DNA of 64,000 nt from Candidatus Komeilibacteria bacterium (GCA_043801745.1 JAZDLR010000013.1:9608-73607), one strand, 5' to 3'; positions 17,925-28,324 are shown, counted from the first letter of the stretch. Notes: generated by a model not told the origin, from the letters alone. Made by a program: numbers and translations.

Positions 17925-18260
17925 ATGTCCATTTTGATTCAATGGCTGGTTTCAGCCTTGGTAATTATGGCCGGAGCTTATCTGCTCCCGGGAGTTAAAG
18001 TTAGTAGTTTTCTGACGGCTTTGGTAGTGGCAGTAGTTCTGGCTGTGGTTAATGCTGTAATTAAGCCAATTTTTGTGCTACTGACTTTCCCTATCACAAT
18101 TGTTACTTTGGGTTTGTTTCTGTTGGTTATTAATGCTTTGATGATTATGCTGGTCAGCGCTGTTGTGCCTGGATTTAAAGTTAACGGTTTCTGGTGGGCC
18201 GTGGCTTATAGTTTGATCTTGACCGTTTTTAATTATGTGATAGCGAGCTGGCGGGCCTAA
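17925..18260 (+). CDS. 4-TM membrane protein, phage-holin-4-like (DUF360) family
   Basis: Pattern GAYLLPGV...AVVNAVIKPIFVLLTFPITIVTLGLFLLVINA typical of the Phage_holin_4_2/DUF360 family as I recall it. Confidence 0.55.
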   Translation: MSILIQWLVSALVIMAGAYLLPGVKVSSFLTALVVAVVLAVVNAVIKPIFVLLTFPITIVTLGLFLLVINALMIMLVSAVVPGFKVNGFWWAVAYSLILTVFNYVIASWRA

Positions 18261-18299
18261 GGATTTTGACATCTGAAATAAATGGTGTAATCTACCCGC

Positions 18300-18803
18300 A
18301 TGCTTCAAGATTCAGTCAATACTGATAAATTACAGCTGTTATTAGCCGATCCGCTTTACCTGCAAAGTATGAGCGAATTTTTGGCTGATCCGCTTAAAGA
18401 TATTACTTTGTCTGAAGCCGAACGGTCGCATCTGGATATTCCCATGTATTCCTTATCTGAGGTGTATCCGGATTTCAAGCAACTCTTTAAGCCGCTTAAG
18501 ACGCTGATTCAGGAAGTGCCGCTGGCATCGCTGGCGGGATCAGTTGAACGTCAATATGAGCACTATACTTATGGCTTTGTGCCGCTCAATCCTGACGATT
18601 TAGAAATTCAAGCGTTGGTCAGTCAGATTCAGTCCGGTCAGTATGACAGTAAGCAAAAGCCCATCCGGGTACACGCCATTCCTTTTGGCGATAAGTTCGA
18701 AGGCTTTGTGGCTGACGGAGCAGTTGTTGTTGCAGCCGCCAAACTGGCGGGTAAGACAACGATTTGGGCGCAAGTAACTTTCTATAAGCAGTTAAAAAAA
18801 TAG
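18300..18803 (+). CDS. hypothetical protein (possible ParB/Srx-like fold)
   Basis: Leaderless context: TTGACA, 17 nt, TAATCT, then the ATG 9 nt later. C-terminal VHAIPFGDKFEGFVADGAVVVAAAKLAG is weakly ParB-like. Confidence 0.45.
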   Translation: MLQDSVNTDKLQLLLADPLYLQSMSEFLADPLKDITLSEAERSHLDIPMYSLSEVYPDFKQLFKPLKTLIQEVPLASLAGSVERQYEHYTYGFVPLNPDDLEIQALVSQIQSGQYDSKQKPIRVHAIPFGDKFEGFVADGAVVVAAAKLAGKTTIWAQVTFYKQLKK

Positions 18804-18875
18804 TTGGCTCACACCTGATGGCTCGCGGGCCACTTTTGTTTTTAGTGACGGTTTATTTGTGTTATAATAAAGTCT

Positions 18876-19385
18876 ATGCGAACTAATAAATTTGTCGTAG
18901 CATTTTTGCTTATTGCTACAGTTTTTGTCCTGACTGCTTGTCAGGCCAAGAAGACCACACAACAACCAACTACACCGGCTAATCAGCAATCAGCGGCTGA
19001 ATTGCCAACGGTGCAAATGCAACCGGTAAAAATCGATGATCCTTCAACTTTTCCGAAGGAGAATTATATTGCGGTGGCGGGGACTGATGGCCAGAAAAAC
19101 GGTGACGCTTACCGCACGTATTTGCTCAATAAGTTTATTATTAAGATAGCTGTGACGCTGCCGAATTTAGGATCGGGTGAACAGTATACGGCTTTTCTAG
19201 TTAATGCTGGTTCTCATAAATTTCTGCCTTTGGGCAATTTGAATTCGAAAGGGGGTAAATGGATCGTTGATTTTTCCAGCGACCGTGACGGCCGCGAATT
19301 TGCTCATTTGGAGATTGTCAGTGGTAAAAATATTATTGATCCTGACAAGGGTAAACTAGTGGCCGCCGGAGACTTTCCTAATTAA
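18876..19385 (+). CDS. lipoprotein
   Basis: Signal peptide with lipobox LTAC. Confidence 0.55.
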   Translation: MRTNKFVVAFLLIATVFVLTACQAKKTTQQPTTPANQQSAAELPTVQMQPVKIDDPSTFPKENYIAVAGTDGQKNGDAYRTYLLNKFIIKIAVTLPNLGSGEQYTAFLVNAGSHKFLPLGNLNSKGGKWIVDFSSDRDGREFAHLEIVSGKNIIDPDKGKLVAAGDFPN

Positions 19386-19410
19386 ATATTGACGCCAGAC
19401 ACGACAGCTG

Positions 19411-20751
19411 ATGACGCAAGCAAAAAAGCAAGCCTGGATAGTAGCGGCTGATATGGGTTACGGCCATCAGCGGGCGGCTTTTCCTTTACGTTATCTGGCG
19501 CATGGCCATGTCATTAATGCCAATAATTATCCGGGCATTCCTGCCTCTGACCGTAAATGGTGGCAAGAAGGACGGAAAATTTATGAATTTATTTCCCGCT
19601 TCAAAGGCGGCACGCCAGTGGGCGATTGGATTTTTGATTTATACGACAAGCTACAGTCTATACCGGCTTTTTATCCCCGACGTGACTTATCCCGGCCGAC
19701 TTTGCAGGTGCGGCAGATTGAGTATTTGATAAAAGCTAAGAACTGGGGCAAGCATCTGATCGACAAGTTGGCTGAAGAACCCTTGCCGTTGGTAACATCT
19801 TTTTTTGTGCCGGCTTTTATGGCTGATCTTCATAACTATCCCGAGGATATTTATTGTTTGGTAACGGATACTGATATTAGCCGGGCCTGGGTTACTTCCA
19901 AGCCAGCCATAAGTAAGATTAAATATTTCGCCCCCAACTACCGCGTAGTCGAAAGGTTGCGGCTTTATGGTGTGCCGGCTGACCGGATTTTTCTAACCGG
20001 TTTTCCTCTACCTAACGAAAATATCGGGAATGAGCATTTGTCTATACTCAAAGAGGATATCCGTCAGCGGTTGAAGAATTTAGATCCCCGCAGCCGTTTT
20101 TGGAATCAATACACCGGTGTTTACCGGCAGTATATTCATAATAGTTTACCGCAGAAAAGTAACCATCCCTTAACACTGACATTTGCTGTGGGCGGAGCCG
20201 GGGCGCAGCGAGAATTGGGTGTGACCATTATGAAGGGATTGCGGCACAAGATCCAGCAAGGGCGTCTCCGTTTGGTGCTGGTGGCCGGCATCCATAACGA
20301 AGTGGCCAGTTATTTCCGTCAGCAAGTCTTGAAGCAGGGTTTGCGTCATGCGCTGCAAGTCGGGGATGTTGTTATAATTCACGCTCAAGATAAATATCAG
20401 TATTTTAATAAATTTAATCATATTTTACGCACTACCGACATTCTCTGGACCAAACCGAGTGAATTAAGTTTTTATGTAGCTCTGGGGATTCCCCTCATCA
20501 TGTCTCAACCCATCGGATCACAGGAGGATTTTAACCGTATTTGGGTGGAGACTATAGGAGCTGGTTGTGATCAGCAAAATCCGGAGTTTGCTGAGCAGTG
20601 GCTATTTGATCTGTTGGATTCCGGCTGGCTGGCTCAGGCAGCGATGCAGGGTTTTATTGAGGCGCCAAAATTTGGTACTTTTAATATTGAAAAGATTATA
20701 ACGCGTCAATACCAGGAAGTGAAAGAGTTAAAGACGGTTTTGCAGTTTTAG
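19411..20751 (+). CDS. putative GT-B glycosyltransferase (MGDG-synthase/UgtP-like)
   Basis: N-terminal IVAADMGYGHQRAA resembles the G-x-GH motif of MGDG synthases. A second Rossmann-like half is present (TFAVGGAGAQ). Assignment is tentative. Confidence 0.4.
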   Translation: MTQAKKQAWIVAADMGYGHQRAAFPLRYLAHGHVINANNYPGIPASDRKWWQEGRKIYEFISRFKGGTPVGDWIFDLYDKLQSIPAFYPRRDLSRPTLQVRQIEYLIKAKNWGKHLIDKLAEEPLPLVTSFFVPAFMADLHNYPEDIYCLVTDTDISRAWVTSKPAISKIKYFAPNYRVVERLRLYGVPADRIFLTGFPLPNENIGNEHLSILKEDIRQRLKNLDPRSRFWNQYTGVYRQYIHNSLPQKSNHPLTLTFAVGGAGAQRELGVTIMKGLRHKIQQGRLRLVLVAGIHNEVASYFRQQVLKQGLRHALQVGDVVIIHAQDKYQYFNKFNHILRTTDILWTKPSELSFYVALGIPLIMSQPIGSQEDFNRIWVETIGAGCDQQNPEFAEQWLFDLLDSGWLAQAAMQGFIEAPKFGTFNIEKIITRQYQEVKELKTVLQF

Positions 20752-20763
20752 CCGCTGATAATT

Positions 20764-21018
20764 ATGGATGGAGAACTGAATTTTTTAGCTTCGTCGGAAC
20801 AACAACTGAAAGAGCAAAGGCAAAAAGCCATCAGTGGGCTACAGCGGGCGCTGATTTTAATGTCAGCCAAAGCAGCTCCCGATTGGATTGAAGCTAATGG
20901 TGAGCGCTTCCGCCGTTTAGTAAAGCGGCGTCCGGAATTTTTGGACCGTTTTAATACTGAAGATGGTGAGGCGGTAGCACAGGAAGTGCGCGATCTAATG
21001 TTTATTGAGGAAGATTAA
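20764..21018 (+). CDS. small hypothetical protein (paralog 1)
   Basis: 84 aa. Shares a W.....RFR..V.R.P..L motif with the next gene. Confidence 0.45.
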   Translation: MDGELNFLASSEQQLKEQRQKAISGLQRALILMSAKAAPDWIEANGERFRRLVKRRPEFLDRFNTEDGEAVAQEVRDLMFIEED

Positions 21019-21046
21019 TTAATTTGCTAACTTTTAATATTAATTT

Positions 21047-21295
21047 ATGTCCGAAGCTTTAGTTACGGCGCCGGAATTGACTTTGCCTGAGCGGCAGAAG
21101 GCGGTTAGTTATTTGCAGATAGATTTAATGAAGTTATCGGATCAAGATCCGGAGCAGTGGATTCAAGAATACTCGCCCCGTTTTCGTGAGATGGTAGAGC
21201 GTGAGCCGAAGCTTTTAAAGGATTATTTAGACGAGAATTTGAGGGCTGCTACAGTCAGGCGGGTACAAGAATTGTTAGGTGCGTTAGAAAAATAA
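21047..21295 (+). CDS. small hypothetical protein (paralog 2)
   Basis: 82 aa. Tandem paralog of 20764..21018. Confidence 0.45.
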   Translation: MSEALVTAPELTLPERQKAVSYLQIDLMKLSDQDPEQWIQEYSPRFREMVEREPKLLKDYLDENLRAATVRRVQELLGALEK

Positions 21296-21379
21296 ATATT
21301 ATATTTACAAAGGCCTCTTTGAAAAAGCGGCTTTTGTTTTTTTGTGGACAGAATAGTGAATGCAAGCTACTGTTAATAT

Positions 21380-22084
21380 ATGAAACCTATGAAACATGTG
21401 AAGCGGGTGCATAGTTACCTAGCGGTCTATATTGGAAGTTTTGGAGCAACGTTAGTAATTATACTGGTGGTACTGGGTATCATTTTCTTTGGTTATACTA
21501 AATTACGGCAACCTCAGGATAACTTAGCGGTGCCTTTTTCATCACAAGCTCCGGCCGGTAACTGGGCCGAGCCGTGGCAAAATGCCTGTGAAGAAACCTC
21601 CATTATCATGATTGATAATTTTTATAACGGTGACACAGTGACCAAGACTCAAGCGAAACAGGAAATCCTAAATATTTTTACCATTAAAAACGCGGAGTTT
21701 GGTAAGAGTAAGGATGAGTCCATGGAATTGATCGCGGAAATAATTAATTCCGCCAAATTAATTTGGCAAGCCCGCGTGGTGGTGAATCCGACTTTAGAAC
21801 AAATGAAACAGGAGATCGCGGACAATCATCCGATTATCGCGCCGGTTTACGCTCCGGCTTTGGCTAATACTCCTTACCCCACCGCGGATCTGAATTATCA
21901 CGTAATGGTTATTTCCGGCTACGATGATGCTAAAGGAGAATTTATCGTTCAGGATCCGGGTAGTTCCCAAGGTAAGGATAATCATTATACTTATACCAAT
22001 TTTTATGAGGCGATTCATGATTACTTAAATACCACTGACTACGAGTTGGGGAGAAAGGCTGTGCTGTTCACGGAGAAAAGATAA
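21380..22084 (+). CDS. membrane-anchored papain-like (C39-like) cysteine peptidase
   Basis: N-terminal TM. Candidate catalytic Cys in QAPAGNWAEPWQNACEETS and His in NYHVMVISGYDD. Confidence 0.45.
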   Translation: MKPMKHVKRVHSYLAVYIGSFGATLVIILVVLGIIFFGYTKLRQPQDNLAVPFSSQAPAGNWAEPWQNACEETSIIMIDNFYNGDTVTKTQAKQEILNIFTIKNAEFGKSKDESMELIAEIINSAKLIWQARVVVNPTLEQMKQEIADNHPIIAPVYAPALANTPYPTADLNYHVMVISGYDDAKGEFIVQDPGSSQGKDNHYTYTNFYEAIHDYLNTTDYELGRKAVLFTEKR

Positions 22085-22151
22085 TTGTTGATAGTTAGTT
22101 ATTTTATTTTAAGCCGTGTCCTTTCGATGCGGTTTTTTTGTTTTTTTTGAT

Positions 22152-22267
22152 TACCTCACCTGTCCTCTCCTTCAAAAGGAGAGGAACGCTATTTATTTAG
22201 CTAGTCGCTCTACTTAGCCTCCACGCATCCTCCCTCTCCTTTATAAGGAGAGGGTTGGGGTGAGGTA
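22152..22267. repeat. composite palindromic element (two family A hairpins inside an outer 9-bp IR TACCTCACC/GGTGAGGTA)
   Basis: CCTCTCCTT-caa-AAGGAGAGG and CCCTCTCCTT-tat-AAGGAGAGGG nested between the outer inverted repeats. High GC in an AT-rich intergenic region upstream of lexA. Confidence 0.5.
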
Positions 22268-22288
22268 TTGTGAGTAAGGTTGTCAGGT

Positions 22289-22300
22289 GAACGATTGTAC
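22289..22300 (+). promoter_or_regulatory. candidate LexA (SOS) box GAACGATTGTAC
   Basis: One mismatch to the Gram-positive consensus GAAC-N4-GTTC. Lies 4 nt upstream of the TATAAT of the lexA promoter. Confidence 0.35.
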
Positions 22301-22316
22301 ACTATAATGTAAGTAT

Positions 22317-22898
22317 ATGCCTGTGGACAAACTAGACCAACGGAAAAAGAGACTATTCAAGTTTTACTCTAACAATAAGCGCCTGCCTTCATATTCTGAG
22401 ATGCTAGGTTTATTTCAGGTCAAGTCCAAAAATGCCGTGGCGAAAATTATTCAGAAGTTTATTGAATTGGGTTTAGTGGAGAAAGACAGCAGCGGTCGGT
22501 TGATTCCGGTTAAATTAGCCGAACCCCTGAAAGTTCTGGGTGATGTTCAGGCGGGATTCCCCAGCGCGGCTGAAGAGGAGTTAGTGGACACTTTGAGTTT
22601 AGACGATTATTTAATTAAGAACCGCGAAGCCAGCTTTTTATTACGAGTTTCCGGTGAATCCATGATCGAGGCCGGTATTCAGCCCGGAGATCTGGTGATT
22701 CTCGAGCGGGGCCGCGATCCGAGAAATGGTGACGTGGTAGTAGCTGAAGTAGATCACCAGTGGACCATCAAATATTACGTTAAACGCGGCTCGCAGATTT
22801 TTCTCAAGCCGGCCAATAAGAATTATCCTATTATCTCGCCTAAGGAAGAATTGAAGATTGCCGGCGTGGTGACGGCAGTGATTAGGAAATATCATTAA
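22317..22898 (+). CDS. lexA: LexA repressor
   Basis: N-terminal winged HTH, Ala-Gly cleavage site (VQAGFPS), S24 peptidase motifs VSGESMIEAGI and K in IKYYVKRG. Confidence 0.85.
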   Translation: MPVDKLDQRKKRLFKFYSNNKRLPSYSEMLGLFQVKSKNAVAKIIQKFIELGLVEKDSSGRLIPVKLAEPLKVLGDVQAGFPSAAEEELVDTLSLDDYLIKNREASFLLRVSGESMIEAGIQPGDLVILERGRDPRNGDVVVAEVDHQWTIKYYVKRGSQIFLKPANKNYPIISPKEELKIAGVVTAVIRKYH

Positions 22899-23006
22899 TT
22901 AGAAGCAAGGAGAAAGCAGAAAGGAGAAGGGGCATACTGATAGCCAATTAGATAGACTTCAGCTTTTTCCCTTACTTCTTTCTCCTAACTTCTTACTTCT
23001 ATTTCA

Positions 23007-24317
23007 ATGTGGAATCAAAGATTATCATCCTGGCCGCGGGCTATTGTGCATCTGGATGCGGATGCTTTTTTCGCTTCCTGCGAGCAGGCCTTGCATCCCG
23101 AGTACCGCGGTAAGCCGGTAATTACCGGCGGTGAGCGCGGCATCGCGGCTTCCATGAGTTATGAAGCCAAGCGTTTAGGCGTGAAGCGGGCCATGAGTTT
23201 GCTGGAGATTAAGAAAATGATTCCGGGTGTGATCATTCTGCCGTCGGACTATGAAACTTACAGTTTGTTTTCTAAACGGATGTTCGCTGTTATGCGCCGC
23301 TACACAGCTATGGTAGAGGAATATTCCATTGACGAAGCTTTTGCCGACATTACCGGTTTACGGCGGCCTTTGCGTCTGACCTATGAGCAGATTGCTCGGC
23401 GGATGAAGGATGAGATCCAGAATGAGTTGGGGATAACTGTTTCCGTGGGCCTGTCGGTGAACAAAGTTTTGTCTAAGCTGGCGGCTAATTTGCATAAGCC
23501 GGATTGTTTCGAAGTAATTTCCACCAAGCACATTGATGGAAAAGTTCATAACGTGCCGGTGGAGGATATTTGGGGAGTCGGGCCGCAGACCACGGAACAT
23601 TTACATAATTTAGGCATCTGGACAGTCGGGCAATTGCGTTCTAAAAGCGAATTATTTATTCAAAATAATTTTACTAAGCCGCATCAGGAGATTTGGTTAG
23701 AACTTCAGGGTTTGCAAGTATACGAAGTAGAGCCGGAGGAAAAATCCAGCTACTACTCCATTTCTAAGACTAAGACTTTCACACCGGCTAGTTCTGACCG
23801 GGAGTTTGTTTTTGCCCAGTTAGTTAAAAATTTAGAAAATGCCTGTATTAAAGCGCGCCGGTATAATCTGGTGGCAAGTAAATTATTTATTTTACTTCGC
23901 ACCCAGGAATTCAAACATTATGGTTTAGAGGCTAAATTATCCCGGGCCACGCATTACCCCGAAGATATTATTGATTTAGCGCGTAAGTTATTTGATCAGT
24001 TATTTGTTGCTGGTACTCGTTATCGTTTGACGGGCGTGGTTCTGGGCGAATTGATGCCAAGGGCCAGTATACAGACAAATTTATTTGAACCACCGGTTCG
24101 CCTGGATAAATTAAAAAAAATATATAGCGCGGTGGATCATTTGGCGGATAAGTACGGCAAACACACAGTTTATTTAGCTGCGGCTCATAAAGCCTATACT
24201 ACTAAGACGCATCAGGGAGGACGGGGAGGTGAATCTGAGCGGCAACAACATAAGTTGAAGGGAGAAACCAAGCGTCAGCATCTAAATTTGCGCCTGTTGT
24301 CCTATGATGTCAAATAA
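23007..24317 (+). CDS. dinB: DNA polymerase IV (Y-family)
   Basis: VHLDADAFFASCE motif, IMS domain and little-finger region. 436 aa with a basic C-terminal tail. Immediately downstream of lexA. Confidence 0.85.
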   Translation: MWNQRLSSWPRAIVHLDADAFFASCEQALHPEYRGKPVITGGERGIAASMSYEAKRLGVKRAMSLLEIKKMIPGVIILPSDYETYSLFSKRMFAVMRRYTAMVEEYSIDEAFADITGLRRPLRLTYEQIARRMKDEIQNELGITVSVGLSVNKVLSKLAANLHKPDCFEVISTKHIDGKVHNVPVEDIWGVGPQTTEHLHNLGIWTVGQLRSKSELFIQNNFTKPHQEIWLELQGLQVYEVEPEEKSSYYSISKTKTFTPASSDREFVFAQLVKNLENACIKARRYNLVASKLFILLRTQEFKHYGLEAKLSRATHYPEDIIDLARKLFDQLFVAGTRYRLTGVVLGELMPRASIQTNLFEPPVRLDKLKKIYSAVDHLADKYGKHTVYLAAAHKAYTTKTHQGGRGGESERQQHKLKGETKRQHLNLRLLSYDVK

Positions 24318-24415
24318 CGGCTAATATTAGGTAAATAATCAGCCGCAAGAAATCAACGGGAAATAACTTGACAGATTACTTGTAATTTAGTAAGGTGAGG
24401 GGTCATATTAAATAC

Positions 24416-24979
24416 ATGAAGCCTCTCATTATTAGAAGTAAATTAATTTTCGCAGTTATTGCCTTTATATTGGCTGGTTTTGCCTTGGGAACACCTATTA
24501 CTCATGCTCAGGTAGCTTCTTTGCGTTTAGACAAGGTAGCTAGCAGCAATTTTGCCAATCCGGAATCAACGATTGACTATACTATTACTGTTACTAATCA
24601 GAGCGAAGTGCCTGTTACCAATCTAGTAGTAGCTGAATCCTGGCCACCCGAGTTTACGTTGAACGGTAAAACGGGTGGTTTTGCTACCTGGACTATTGAT
24701 ACGTTGGCCCCAGGAGCCTCAAATACTAGTATTCTTACCGTGTCTATTCCTAAGGGTTTGGCTGCCGGTAATTATATCTCCAGTACCACGGCTATTAGTC
24801 AGGAACCTCCTTTGCAGGAAACCAGACAAGACAGTCTGGAGATCCGTTCCGTGGCTGTACTTAGCTCTTCTTTGCCCTCAACCGGCGGAAATGACTTTCT
24901 GTGGATTACTTTAGCCCTAATTATTAATTGTTCCCTGATTGCTACTTATAGTTTTAATCGCTATTTATCTCATGTCTAG
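24416..24979 (+). CDS. LPxTG-anchored surface protein with DUF11-like domain
   Basis: Signal peptide, DUF11-like repeat (YTITVTNQSEVPVTNLVV), C-terminal LPSTGG followed by a TM and NRYLSHV tail. Confidence 0.6.
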   Translation: MKPLIIRSKLIFAVIAFILAGFALGTPITHAQVASLRLDKVASSNFANPESTIDYTITVTNQSEVPVTNLVVAESWPPEFTLNGKTGGFATWTIDTLAPGASNTSILTVSIPKGLAAGNYISSTTAISQEPPLQETRQDSLEIRSVAVLSSSLPSTGGNDFLWITLALIINCSLIATYSFNRYLSHV

Positions 24980-25610
24980 GATTTTTAATAAATTATTGTA
25001 CGTCATTTCGGTGGTTTCCACGGCCATATTAGTTTTGGCTTTTATTTTTAGTTATCAGAGTGTTTTGGCCGAGAATAATGATTTGCAGTTTTTGCTGGAT
25101 AACCGCAGTAAATATGATGCGCCGTCACAAGAAGTAACGGTTCAACGGGATGATTCTGCCGGTTTGATTCGGATAGCCGCGGTTAAGTCAGTTAATATTC
25201 AACCGGTAATTGCCGCTAATAGTTTGGTGGTACCTAAGATGAAGGTTAATTCTAAGATTTTGGAAGGCAAGACTACCAAGACTTTAAATCAAGGTTTATG
25301 GCGTATTCCCGGTACTTCAACTCCCGATAAGGGCGGTAATATGGTTATAGCCGCGCACCGTTGGAAATGGCTGCCCAGTAGCCAGAAATCTTTTTATGAT
25401 ATTGAGAAAGTCACGGTCGGCGATCAGATTACAGTAACTTGGCAGGGTAAAGAATATTATTATCAGGTTGTAAAAACTTCTTACGTCAAGCCGAACGAGG
25501 TCAGTATTCTGGCCAATACTTCAGAGCCGCGGTTGACTCTATTCAGCTGCGCGCCGCTATTTTCCACAAAATACCGTTACGTGGTGCAAGCAACTTTAGT
25601 CAAAACATAA
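24972..25610 (+). CDS. sortase
   Basis: N-terminal TM, catalytic His in VIAAHR, and TLXTC-type motif LTLFSCAP. Confidence 0.7.
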   Translation: MSRIFNKLLYVISVVSTAILVLAFIFSYQSVLAENNDLQFLLDNRSKYDAPSQEVTVQRDDSAGLIRIAAVKSVNIQPVIAANSLVVPKMKVNSKILEGKTTKTLNQGLWRIPGTSTPDKGGNMVIAAHRWKWLPSSQKSFYDIEKVTVGDQITVTWQGKEYYYQVVKTSYVKPNEVSILANTSEPRLTLFSCAPLFSTKYRYVVQATLVKT

Positions 25611-25651
25611 TTTTATTTATTAATCACCGGAGGGGTGATAATCACAACAGT

Positions 25652-28324
25652 ATGTCTACAATTCATCTCAATTTGAAAACAGTAAAGATTGCCGTAACAG
25701 TCATAACGATCTTTGGTCTGTTTCAACCCTTTACCCTGGCCGGTTTTCTGTCCCCGATCAGAGCTCAGGAAGCGCCGCCAAGCGAAATAGTGGTTACCGA
25801 ATCCCAGGACAATCAAGTTTCGACAGTAACTATCGTTGCCCACAAAATAGTCTGTCAGCAGGAGGCCAGTTTGCCTAATTGGGGCAACGGCCGTCAGGCC
25901 GGTATCACGATTGATGCCGATACAGCCGCTAATTGGGTGGCCGCTCATCAGGATTGCGCTTTAGTTTCTGGTTGGAATTTTCAGTGGTCGTATGATGAAG
26001 AAATTAATCCCGGCGATCAGGTGGGTGATGCCGGTTCACCCTGGCAAACTTTTGGACCGACAAATAGTTCCGGACAGACGACAACTCAAGTACCTTTGGT
26101 AACTAATCCGGACGAAATTAAGGTACGGGAAGTTTTTCAGTCCGGTTACCTGCCATTTACCGGCAAGAACATAACTGAGAATGTCAGTGCGGAGTTTTAT
26201 TGTAATAATGACGTTCTACATTATGATAATTATGATTTTGTTAAAGTCGCCGTGCCCGGCAACACCTATCACTGTGTGGCCTGGAACGTGCCACAGCCGC
26301 CGGTAGCACAGTGCGGTAATAGTCAAATAGAGGGTAGCGAGACTTGTGATGAGGGCAGTTTGAACGGTCAGCCGTTGCACTGCAATTCTACCTGTTCCGG
26401 TAATACTCCTGCTGTTTGCGGTAATCAGATAACCGAAACTTCTCCTTATGGTTCGGAACAATGTGATGACGGCAATGTAGCTAACGGTGATGGCTGTAGC
26501 TCCAGCTGTCAGATTGAAATCCCGCCATCAAGTCCGGTTTGCGGTAATGGGGTTAAAGAAAGTGACGAAACCTGCGATGAGGGTAATTTGAATGGTCAAC
26601 CTTTACATTGTAATTCTAACTGTGGCGGTAACACACCGCCAGTTTGCGGTAATCAGATAACCGAGACCTCTCCTTATGGTTCGGAACAATGTGATGATGG
26701 TAATGTGGCTAACAGTGATGGTTGTAATTTCAGCTGTCAGATTGAGCCGCAAGCCTGTCATTCCCCCTTAGATTACGTCAATACTGCAGGAATTTTAGGT
26801 CCGGATCAGGCCTTGACTGCCAGTGATGCCGTAATCTTTACTGCCAGATATGAAGCGGCTTTAGGCAGTCATAGCGGCGATGCTAAATTTAATTCTACTG
26901 TTGACGTGAAAACTGACGGGGTGATTAACGCGGCTGATTATTTATGCGCCCGGCCGTATTATGCCGCTGCCGGTCCTTATACCTGTCAGTTGGATTGTAA
27001 TAATCTCTGTGTTAATCCTTTGGATTATAATAAGGATTATTTTATTACTGCTTCTGACGGTGTTGATTTTACCGCCTACTATATGAATAAAACTGTGGCT
27101 ACTTCAACGGGTGGCTACCTGGCGGATCTTAATGGTAATGGCGGGGTTGATTATGGTGATTATGTTTGCGCTAATAGTGAATTATCCACTTCTACTTATC
27201 AGTGTCCGCTGCAGTGTGCGGCGGTTTGCGGTGATACCAAGATTGATAAGCGGTTAGGTGAAACTTGTGACGACGGTAACATCACCGATCATGACGGCTG
27301 TAGTTCGCTCTGTCGCCTAGAAACTAATCAGTGCGAAGCGCCCAATAAATTAGATTATAATGGCGATTACCAGTTGTCGATGAATGATGCGGTTATTTTC
27401 ACCAGTTATTATCAAGCCGATAATCTCTTAGCTAATGTCAATAATAACGCCGTGGTTGATTATGGCGATAAGCTCTGTGCTGATAAATATTATGGTGGAT
27501 CTTTAGCTTATACTTGTACCATAGCTTGTTCGGAATATACACCGGTCTGTGGTGATACTCATAAGGACGCCGGAGAACAGTGTGATGACGGCAATATCAA
27601 AAATGGCGACGGTTGTAGTTCTAGTTGTCAGATTGAAATCCCGCCATCAAGTCCGGTTTGCGGTAATGGCCAGTTAGAAACAGGGGAACACTGTGATGAT
27701 GGTAACCAACAAAATGGCGACGGTTGCAATACCAATTGCGAGGTAGAACCGGCTCCTGTTCCTCAGCCAGTGAGTCACGGTGGAGGCGGTGGCGGTGGCA
27801 GAGGAATGGTTTCGGTCGTGCGTCTAGTCATTGACAAGAAAGTTACTCCGACCGCGGTTGAACCCGGCGGACAGGCCACTTACACTGTTACACTAACCAA
27901 TAGTGGCAATACCATTGCTACTTATGTTAGCCTGACCGATTCCATGCCGTCCGGTATAACCTTTGTAGATGGTGGTGTCAGTAGCAAAACCTGGAATTGG
28001 GATACTTTAGGCGCCGGTCAGTCGGTTGCGATCAGTTATACTGTTAAGGCTGATGTTAAGGCAGTTACTGGTGTTTATTTGAATCAGGCTCAAGCTTCAG
28101 CCGCTAATGCCCAGTCAGTTTCCACTACCGCTCCTTTAGAGCTGCGTCAGCCAACAGTAGCCGGGGTGGAGACAGTTAAGCCGGTAGAGGAGAAGGTTAA
28201 AGTTTTGGGTTATGAGAAGTTACCGGATACTTCCGGCGATTGGTCGACATTACTGCTAATCTTAGGTATAATGTCGGCGGCTTCCACTGGGCTATTGGCG
28301 TTACGGTTGAATCGCAATAGATAA
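25652..28324 (+). CDS. giant LPxTG surface protein with Cys-rich repeats and dockerin-like Ca-binding repeats
   Basis: Signal peptide. Tandem repeats CGN..E.CDDGN...GDGCS..CQIE resembling the Myxococcus cysteine-rich repeat. DxNxDGxVDYGDY dockerin-like motifs. DUF11-like domain. C-terminal LPDTSGD, TM, RLNRNR tail. Internal nucleotide repeats (e.g. a 40-nt exact repeat near 26515 and 27635). Confidence 0.7.
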   Translation: MSTIHLNLKTVKIAVTVITIFGLFQPFTLAGFLSPIRAQEAPPSEIVVTESQDNQVSTVTIVAHKIVCQQEASLPNWGNGRQAGITIDADTAANWVAAHQDCALVSGWNFQWSYDEEINPGDQVGDAGSPWQTFGPTNSSGQTTTQVPLVTNPDEIKVREVFQSGYLPFTGKNITENVSAEFYCNNDVLHYDNYDFVKVAVPGNTYHCVAWNVPQPPVAQCGNSQIEGSETCDEGSLNGQPLHCNSTCSGNTPAVCGNQITETSPYGSEQCDDGNVANGDGCSSSCQIEIPPSSPVCGNGVKESDETCDEGNLNGQPLHCNSNCGGNTPPVCGNQITETSPYGSEQCDDGNVANSDGCNFSCQIEPQACHSPLDYVNTAGILGPDQALTASDAVIFTARYEAALGSHSGDAKFNSTVDVKTDGVINAADYLCARPYYAAAGPYTCQLDCNNLCVNPLDYNKDYFITASDGVDFTAYYMNKTVATSTGGYLADLNGNGGVDYGDYVCANSELSTSTYQCPLQCAAVCGDTKIDKRLGETCDDGNITDHDGCSSLCRLETNQCEAPNKLDYNGDYQLSMNDAVIFTSYYQADNLLANVNNNAVVDYGDKLCADKYYGGSLAYTCTIACSEYTPVCGDTHKDAGEQCDDGNIKNGDGCSSSCQIEIPPSSPVCGNGQLETGEHCDDGNQQNGDGCNTNCEVEPAPVPQPVSHGGGGGGGRGMVSVVRLVIDKKVTPTAVEPGGQATYTVTLTNSGNTIATYVSLTDSMPSGITFVDGGVSSKTWNWDTLGAGQSVAISYTVKADVKAVTGVYLNQAQASAANAQSVSTTAPLELRQPTVAGVETVKPVEEKVKVLGYEKLPDTSGDWSTLLLILGIMSAASTGLLALRLNRNR

